64,000 nt of DNA from Owenia fusiformis. Lineage: Eukaryota. Below the pieces are notes generated by a model, which was not told where the DNA came from, made no database searches, and was given only the letters and a program-made list of their open reading frames with translations. Position numbers and translations under genes: made by a program. The number at the start of each line of letters is the position of its first letter. Position 1 is the stretch's first letter. This document shows positions 55,993 to 64,000 of the stretch, piece by piece. Location of the stretch: contig CAIIXF020000001.1 in NCBI GenBank assembly GCA_903813345.2, positions 9,548,001-9,612,000 on the forward strand, given 5' to 3'.

Positions 55993-56137
55993 ATGGATCA
56001 GTTCTTTTCTGCGTTTGGGGCTGCTAGTAAGCTCTCTCCGCAGTACGATGTTGACGGGTGTGATCGGCTCAATTCTCGCTATAGCCTGGGTTTGGTGGCC
56101 ATCTTTGCGCTTCTTGTTGGCACCAACCAATATGTCG
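55993..56137 (+). CDS. Innexin variable first exon V6 (not in the ORF track on +)
   Basis: Translated by hand: MDQFFSAFGAASKLSPQYDVDGCDRLNSRYSLGLVAIFALLVGTNQYV-G|gtgagt. Confidence 0.92.
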
Positions 56138-56645
56138 GTGAGTTAAAAAACTATTAATGAGGCTGAACCTTTAAAAACTGTTGGGTATAATCCATAAAAT
56201 TTAATCATATAATTTGTGACGACGAATAAGTGAAGATTGCACATTAATTATCTAGTTTAATTATTCACTGTATGCATAGGTGACTTTGTTAACTCGATCA
56301 AAATTACTCTTTTGGATACAAATGTAACAAATTATTTATGATTGGTACCAAAACAACTTCGACACATTTGTTTGATATGACGCGTTAAAAATGTGGTTTA
56401 TTGTAATGTTACCAGGTATCACAAGAAATAAAATAAAACATGATGTATGAAGTAAATCTCTTTGAAAGTTACTGACGCCAAACGAGTTACAACATCACGT
56501 TTACCAAGGACTTTTAAAATTTAAAAAACTGGAGTCACATCTCACGTATTGACGCAACCACCTCGGAACTTGCGAAACAAGCTACGATTATTGGAATTAA
56601 AACTTATTTGTATTGAATATTGAATAACAAGCTCAAAGGGAAATC

Positions 56646-56790
56646 ATGGAGAAGTTTTTTTCTGCGTTTAGAGCAGTTAATAAACTCGCTCCTCATAGAG
56701 ATTGCGATGGGTCAGACCGAATGAATTCTCGTTACAGTGTCGGGTTGCTTGCTGTGTATGCGCTGGTTGTGGGTACAGGCCAGTATGTGG
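56646..56790 (+). CDS. Innexin variable first exon V7
   Basis: MEKFFSAFRAVNKLAPHRDCDGSDRMNSRYSVGLLAVYALVVGTGQYV-G|gtaaga. Confidence 0.92.
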
Positions 56791-58046
56791 GTAAGACTCC
56801 TTATAAACAATGTCTTTTGCAACTTTATTTTAATTTCGGGTGTAAGTGGTAGAACTTTTTTAATATGGCCGGTTTGCGCATGCAGTTTACGTTTCGTGTC
56901 AAATGTTTAATAAGCACTTAGCCAGTATTTACTTTTTCTAACCAGACATATCAAAAGTTCTTCTTTTAAGTCTTGAACAATCTAAATTGGTCCCAATGAC
57001 TACACATTGGCCACAACTGCATTGTCATCTAAACATCAGTTTATGTTGTCAATAAGTACATCATGTGACTCACCACAAATTAGTCCTTTTTCTCAGTAAT
57101 CTTACATTACAAAAGGCCTGTCTATATAAATGTGCGAGTCGGAATCTTGAAACCACATTTCTTTTCATAAATATAGACTTTTTGATTCCTTAGACTGTCT
57201 GATTATTGACCCGTGAATCTATTGAGCCCAGAGACAGGAATGGGAAACATAGCGTCCTTTGTAGCATGGGTGGGGTCATCCAGTTCGTCTTGAGAATGTT
57301 TGTGAAATATATGAAACACGAGATGTAAAATCACTGAAATCGTAGGGCATATTTAATGTTAAAACCTTTTCAGATAGGCATCTTTACATTAATAGTTGTT
57401 CATCAATCGTGAAAGGATCTCCATGTCCTGTCTTATCATTTGCTATCACATCATCCGTTACACCATTTTCTAGTTGAGATCAAATGTGTAACTTTACAAT
57501 ATAAAAGTGGATTAGATTAAATGTACCCAAACTAATATGAGTCTGGGGTACATTAAAATTATTGTAGAAGTAGCGCTTTTCAGGGTACAATTCCCCAATT
57601 TCTGGGTACAGCAGTGACACAGTAAGAGATAGACAGTCTGTTTAAAATGTCACGTCAGCCAGTACTTTTTTTACGATGGTAGAATATCACTTTGACATTG
57701 TGGCCCATTTCTTTGGATCAATAATGATTCTCGGGGCATTTCATTTCGCATTCTGTATATTTTCAACCAAAAGACAAGTAAGTGAGAATCACTTTGAATG
57801 GTCAGTTTGTGAATCAGTTGCTGATGCCAGTTACATGTGTATTACTCCCCCATAGAAAGATAAGACAATATGAAAGCGTTAGATAGGAGTGATTTCTTTA
57901 TTAGATGACATAAGATATATTGTAAATAGATAAGGTTGAAGTTCAAGATTTAAGTGCACTGGTGATAAATTAGAGTAAGGCCTTCAGTCCTTCATGTTCT
58001 CTTGAATTCTGACCACAGTGCATTGGACATTCTTAGAGACAGCACT

Positions 58047-58191
58047 ATGGAACAGTTTATAGGAGCAGTTGGTTCCATTGGAAAACTTGATGCTAAATTC
58101 TATGACGACTCCGTTGATAAACTTAACCATAGATACACAGTTGCTGTTTTAGCAGTTTTCGCTCTACTTGTTTCAACATCTAGTTATGTCG
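58047..58191 (+). CDS. Innexin variable first exon V8
   Basis: MEQFIGAVGSIGKLDAKFYDDSVDKLNHRYTVAVLAVFALLVSTSSYV-G|gtaagt. Confidence 0.92.
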
Positions 58192-59357
58192 GTAAGTTAG
58201 TACAAGCAGTGACAGGTGCACGTCATCATATATGTTATATATAGATGATTATTTTGAAATATATGTTCTTATCACGTTTTTAGGTATTACTGCAAAATGT
58301 CTTGGGTCTGATTATTTCACTAAAATAAAATGTAGGACGCGTTTATATGCTTTTTATAGCCGATAAAATGTTATTTATAAATGCAAAGGTATGCAAAAAT
58401 TAAGTGTTTGTCTAAAGATTCAAACTTGGGGTTTTTCATACTCGTTATTTATATCCAAGGTACAATCACGAACGTGTCCAATCGCTGACACTGCTAACAT
58501 GTTTCTTTTTTAAAATGAAAACATGACTTAAAGCTGTTATTATATAACATGCGTTCAGTGATAATATCCCTATGGAGATAACGCACGAAAGAGACCATTT
58601 TGAGCGTAACGTTTTAACTGGTTTAATACCTGGTGTCAAATATCGGAAATAATCTCTATAAAATATGTTATTGGGTACTTCAATACTAAAAAGTAAATAT
58701 TTAATTTGTTTTGGGCTGTGGCTACAAACACGTTTTAAGTACAGGAAAATATTGTTTAAAGGTAAATTACGTATTTCGGTGTTATTGACTTTTGATTCAA
58801 GTTGTCAATCGACGATTCATTGGTTGCGAAATATTTATCACTTATGATATGAAGAAATATCATCCAATCGGAAATAGCAGATACATGAGATAATAGGTAC
58901 AAGTAAGCAACACGACGTGCCTTTGTTTATATATTCAAAGAAAAACTTTTTTATTTACCTATCCCATTGAAAAGTGTACTTTTGACTTCCGAGTTTACTA
59001 GAACATCCTTTTTTACGTTTTACGTTTATAAGATCACGTCGCCCTGATATCATTTCAAAGAAAGATTAGAACAATGACAAGTATACCACAATCCATAAAT
59101 GCCACTGACAGTTGAAGATATATTACTTCAGTTATTTTATTATCACCAATACTAGAATAGAAGGTGACCAGTCACCCAGTGATAACAAAGGACGCTAGAT
59201 ACAACCCTAACGTACTCCAGACAATAGATACCAGACTCGTTTCTACTTTCTGATCAGTTGTAAAACTGATAAGCTTTAGTGTTCAAGTGCAAAGTTAAAA
59301 TTATATGATAGGACTGTGGACACATTCATTGTATAGGACTCTCTTAGAGTAAGGACC

Positions 59358-59502
59358 ATGGAACGGTTCATTGGAGCCATTGGCTCAGTTGGAAAATTAG
59401 ACGCCAAACTTCACGATGATGCGGTTGATAGAATCAATCATAGATACACAGTCGCTGTTTTAGCAGTTTTCGCTTTATTAGTCTCAACATCTAGTTATGT
59501 CG
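59358..59502 (+). CDS. Innexin variable first exon V9
   Basis: MERFIGAIGSVGKLDAKLHDDAVDRINHRYTVAVLAVFALLVSTSSYV-G|gtaaga. Confidence 0.92.
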
Positions 59503-62500
59503 GTAAGAAAGGATACATACATATTGTTAATAAATTTCGCGATCGACCAAAGTTCAATTTAGTATATATTGAAATTTAACATAGAAACATTTCTCACAAG
59601 TTGTCATGAGTTTACTTTAATTGAGCTATAGAAAACACTTTTGAATAAGATTACTTTAGTGTATAATTATGAGACGTCGGCCAGACAAAATTGGGCAATG
59701 AGCAAAAAATGTTTAAAAGGAAGAATCAATAATAAGTACTTACACGAAATGTAATTTCAATCATAGCAATGACGTTAAATGAAGCTTATAATTATCTCAG
59801 ATTCGTTTTTGGGGCTTACATAGGTTTCGTGTTATTTTTCTTCGTTTGTGTGCTTAGATTGACGATCATGTACCTTATGTTGCGTCCTTAGAGGTGTGTG
59901 TGTTTATTTATTTATTTAGATATACACTTTTTTAACAGTGGCACTCTTACATTAAGGTGCATCTAATCGAAAAATATCCACAATGCCATGTTGGTTAAAA
60001 ACAGACATTTTATCAAACTAAAATGAGTCTTAAAAAGAATTAAAACATAGGTATGTTGATATTTACTTAAAATCTTATTTAGAAAGCGTTTTTAGAGTCG
60101 AATAAGACACCATATTCGTGTTGTTGACACGATCAATTTATCATTTGAAATTATATCTCATGGACATATATTTATAAGATATAAGATATAACTTTGGTAG
60201 TATGATACCTTTAGGCGTTTTTATGATCTGGCTATCTGTCATTCGATTCGATCCTGTTTTCTTCTTGGGGTGACTTGTTGCAGTTTGTTCAGTAGTTATT
60301 TTGATATGATTTGTTTACTTTCTGCGATAAAGTTTCATAAAAAAGGATAGATATCCATATTTCTTTTATCTATATTTATGCAAAATAGTTTTTTGAGGGT
60401 GACTTTTACTTGTAATTTTGATATTACTTTTTTCAGTTGGTTTAGTTTGTTGAATAGAAGATGTTCAAGCAAATGATTTAAATAAGAGCTAAAAGTCAAG
60501 TTGAATTCTTGTTTTGGTCTAAATTACTCTCTTGTGGTACAAATCTTTGAAATATCAACTCGTTCGTAAGTGCTAAGCATAGATTGCAGCAACATTAGTA
60601 AAATTCAAAAAATAAAACACCCACAACCTGAATTAACAAAAAACACATTTAAAATGCATATATTTACAATGTCAGATGAATGTGGTTGTATCTTAACAGT
60701 TAGTTATGAGGATATGGATGTTTCGTCGAAAGTCCTGTGTACATTAATGTTGCCCTTAAGCGGCACGAGTATTTTTTAACTGTCAAGTTTAGCGTCATCG
60801 TTGTAACTTTACTACATTAACGACCAGACTCCTAGGTCATCGTATACTGTGAATCTGCTATAACGTTCCTAATTCAGTTTAAGTTCATTAATTTCAACTT
60901 AATGACCTAATTTATTGAGGTTCAAATGTGTGTATAATTAAGCAATACTAATTTACTACTCCAGTTTTATCTTATACTCCTTGGGCCTGAACAGTGCTGT
61001 TAATTGATCGACAGTTAAAAAGTTAAAAGTTATATAACATGTAGCTCTTCTGAATAACAGCAGATCTAAATTGATCCTTGTAGAACGCCATGTAGAATTG
61101 AATCGTTGTAAATTTAATGAACAATCCAGAATGTTCATTGTTTCTGGAATTCTATGACCACGATTATCAGGTTCAAATTCAATACATACATCGGGACAAA
61201 AGTTGTGATCTGTAGCCCCAATAAACGACTGGTATTGCAACTGCAGTCTGGTCATTCTATAAGACATACTGTGATAGACTTACATTAAACGCGCCCACAA
61301 CGTCAAATTGATGATGAACGTGACTTTTGAGTTCAAACTGGCTGGTTGTCTGGTATTTCAATAAACAAAAATGCGTGCAGAATAAAATGTGACAGTTTTG
61401 AAATATGGAACAATGGATTGGTCTGGGGATAGTCTTGTAATGTGAAATGGACATTGTTTATTAATGGCTGTGGACAAAGAATGGCGTCCTTTATCGTGAT
61501 ATATAACTTGTGACCATACTCTGGACTCTGGACGTATCACTTCTCCGTTACTTTAATTTTACTAAAATATTTTAAGTATTGTTACAAATTGCCTTAATGG
61601 TTTCATGAAATAGCATAATATCAAAACAAATTGCAAAAATCCAAATATAAAATATTTACATTCAGTAGAGATGCTGAGCTCGATTGCCGTATAATACTTC
61701 ATTTTAGGCACCATACGGCGATTGCCGTATCATACTTAAATTGTATAAAACCGTTATTTTTCAAAATAAAGCTCGGGCGTAAAGACGTATATCTTGAGTT
61801 TGTTCCATTTTTTAAGGTACGTATGTATATTTGTATGTTTAGATCTTTAACTTGCTATACAATTAGCTAAGCTTGTTTAGCGTGCTTAAAATAGTAAGTA
61901 AATGAATAGCCTTTTGAAAATAAAATACCCAAGTCAAAAGTACACGGATCACTTCTGAAATACTATAAAAATCGAGGAAAATAATATCCAGTAATTTTTA
62001 ATCATTCTTTGGAAATATCAAAAATAAGTATGGAAGCTATTTTATTTCTCTATAAGAAAGAAGATTGTTTTAAATGTATTTCCCTCGAGGGAATTAAAAT
62101 TCTATCATTGGGAATTCACGCTATAGTCTTATGAACTTTAATGAAGGACTTTACCGTAAATTGACGACGTGATTTGTATGCAGCTGTACGTTAACATATT
62201 CCTTATCTTAACTTACCTTGCGTGCGTGGAGCTAGGGGCAACGTGAAGTCCAATGGTCCTTTAGTCTAGTTCAATAAATATTTTTAAAATAAATATGCCG
62301 CCTGGTTCATAAGGGAACCTGGGATAAGATGGCCTTTAGTGATTTAGTAGTCTTGATCCAGTTTTGAAACTATTCTTGCTCCGAGTAAGTCGTGTAGGTG
62401 CCAAGTTGGAAGGTGATTCGAAAGAAGACTCTATTCTATTGTAGACAATGAATTAATGATTAGGTTGTTACAATTGGGAAACAAATGCAACGGGACCATT

Positions 62501-62724
62501 TTCCCCCAGTTTCCCTTATTGCATTTGAGACTTTGTTCGGGGTGGTGTCAATTTAAATGACTACATGGTCTGATTTTTAAACTTTAAATTGCAGTAATGA
62601 ATAAGCTATTACGTAATTGTATATGGAGAACACTAAGGTACTATCTTGCCCCTGGCTCCCCTATTAGTGTGAACTTAATGTTGTCTTTCTAAAAAAACTA
62701 ATTTACTAAGTTTCTTTCTAGACG

Positions 62725-63375
62725 ATGGGGCGGTTCAAGACAAAACAACGTTGTGCATCCCAAAATATTCATGGCGAGAATAATGAACAAATGCACCAAC
62801 TGATTGACTCAAAATATATAAAGGCTTCAACCAGAGACCGTCTGTGTGAACTTGCCCAAATAGACTTTTTTAGTTTTCGAAAAAGGCACAAACTAAAGCC
62901 CCTTTCATTTTGTAAATCCTGCATCAAAAACGTTGAATTAGAAAACGGTGGAAACGCACCCGCAAGAAAACAAAACCTATCACATGTTAATCACGATCAT
63001 AGTTACAATTCTGGAGGGAAAAAAGACAATGATATATCTATACAAACAACAAATACTATTCTTGATCTTGGAGATAATCACCAAGACTTGTCGAACCAAA
63101 TGGAGACGTTGCCATCGTCATATTTAAAGAACCTAATCTATGCACTGGGGAAAATTATTAAACAGGAAATAAAAACATATTCTAACAACTCAAACATTGA
63201 TTTGGATTTTGAAAAATTACGCCTGAGCAATGCAGATTATTTCACGTCATGCCCAAAACTACTTGCAACATTGCTTTTAAGCATATCTGGTGTTCCAATG
63301 GACTATACGTTTAAATCAAGCAATGTCCCTGGTCAGTATCCAGATGCATTAGAAACCCTAGAATACACGTTTTAA
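62725..63375 (+). other. Unassigned 216-aa ORF, possibly transposon-derived; not innexin-like
   Basis: A long ORF for this base composition, preceded by an acceptor-like tttctttctag (ending 62721), with a CKSC motif. I recognise no family. Confidence 0.3.
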
Positions 63376-64000
63376 ATCAGCATGATGCTTGTACTTCAAG
63401 TAGTTACTACTTCATGTTTGCTCTACATACGCTTGTTTTACGTTATATAAAGCATATCCCGCAAAACATATGTAACGATTTTTATGTGAATAGAAAACGT
63501 GAAAAACAACTAAAAACTCGTGCGCGAATTATTTTTAGGTATTTCAAAATGCTTTATCACGCGTCAAATGTCCGCGCAAAATAATTTAACAAGGAATGTT
63601 TATAATGTTCCATGTTCAGTTTGTGCATTTTAGTGCAACATACTTTTCTAATGACAGTGTTTATAGGCCTACCAGATCTTCCAAAATGGTGAAACGGAAT
63701 AAACGAATTCAAATTTTTCTTTCTATTGCAGTTAACCAGATTTCAATAGAGCTTTGAGTTGATATTCGGGTCATTATACGACGTTCATAAAATTCCGCCA
63801 TTAATCGCCATCTCCATAATATGACTACACCAGTAATGCAAAAGTGGGTTTAAATCTAGGATGAAGAATCCTAGGTTTGAATCGATGAAAATGAAAAAGT
63901 TTCAAATAATTCCTATCCATTTTCGCACGCTCGGTCTTTACTGCGTTCGACCGACGGGAGCCGAGTGAACGAAGATGATTTCTATCGGCAATTGGAAAGA

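Noticed and set aside
46953-59502. Nine complete tandem innexin genes, or nine pseudogene fragments
   Set aside because: The spacing is too short for full genes and no exon 2 is seen. Intact frames, identical length and conserved donors argue against decay.
47098-59600. Dscam-style docking/selector sequences shared around the V exons
   Set aside because: No common motif was visible by eye outside the V3/V4 duplication. A motif search including the downstream intron would be needed.
60956-61540. Overlapping minus-strand ORFs as a gene
   Set aside because: Short and fragmented with no recognisable motif; at most a decayed remnant.

Overview
This is AT-rich, intron-containing animal DNA; the gene and repeat content suggests an invertebrate, possibly a lophotrochozoan (inference). 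All genes are on the + strand. The window holds a multi-exon class A peptide-type GPCR (~14.4-30.4 kb) with a mucin-like, Cys-containing N-terminus, and two paralogous three-exon genes (31.0-33.8 kb and 40.3-44.6 kb) encoding a signal peptide, a 10-Cys Ly6/uPAR (three-finger, Quiver-like) domain, a basic stalk and a hydrophobic C-terminus. In the second of these, the exon-2 splice donor has been amplified as an in-frame 72-bp minisatellite. A 30-bp satellite follows. The main finding is a tandem array of nine innexin first exons (46.9-59.5 kb). Each is 145 nt from the homologous ATG to a phase-1 GT donor and encodes only the N-terminal helix and TM1. No downstream innexin exons lie between them, which suggests a protocadherin/UGT1-like variable-first-exon innexin locus whose constant exons lie beyond the window. 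Introns and intergenic DNA hold many non-autonomous DNA transposons.
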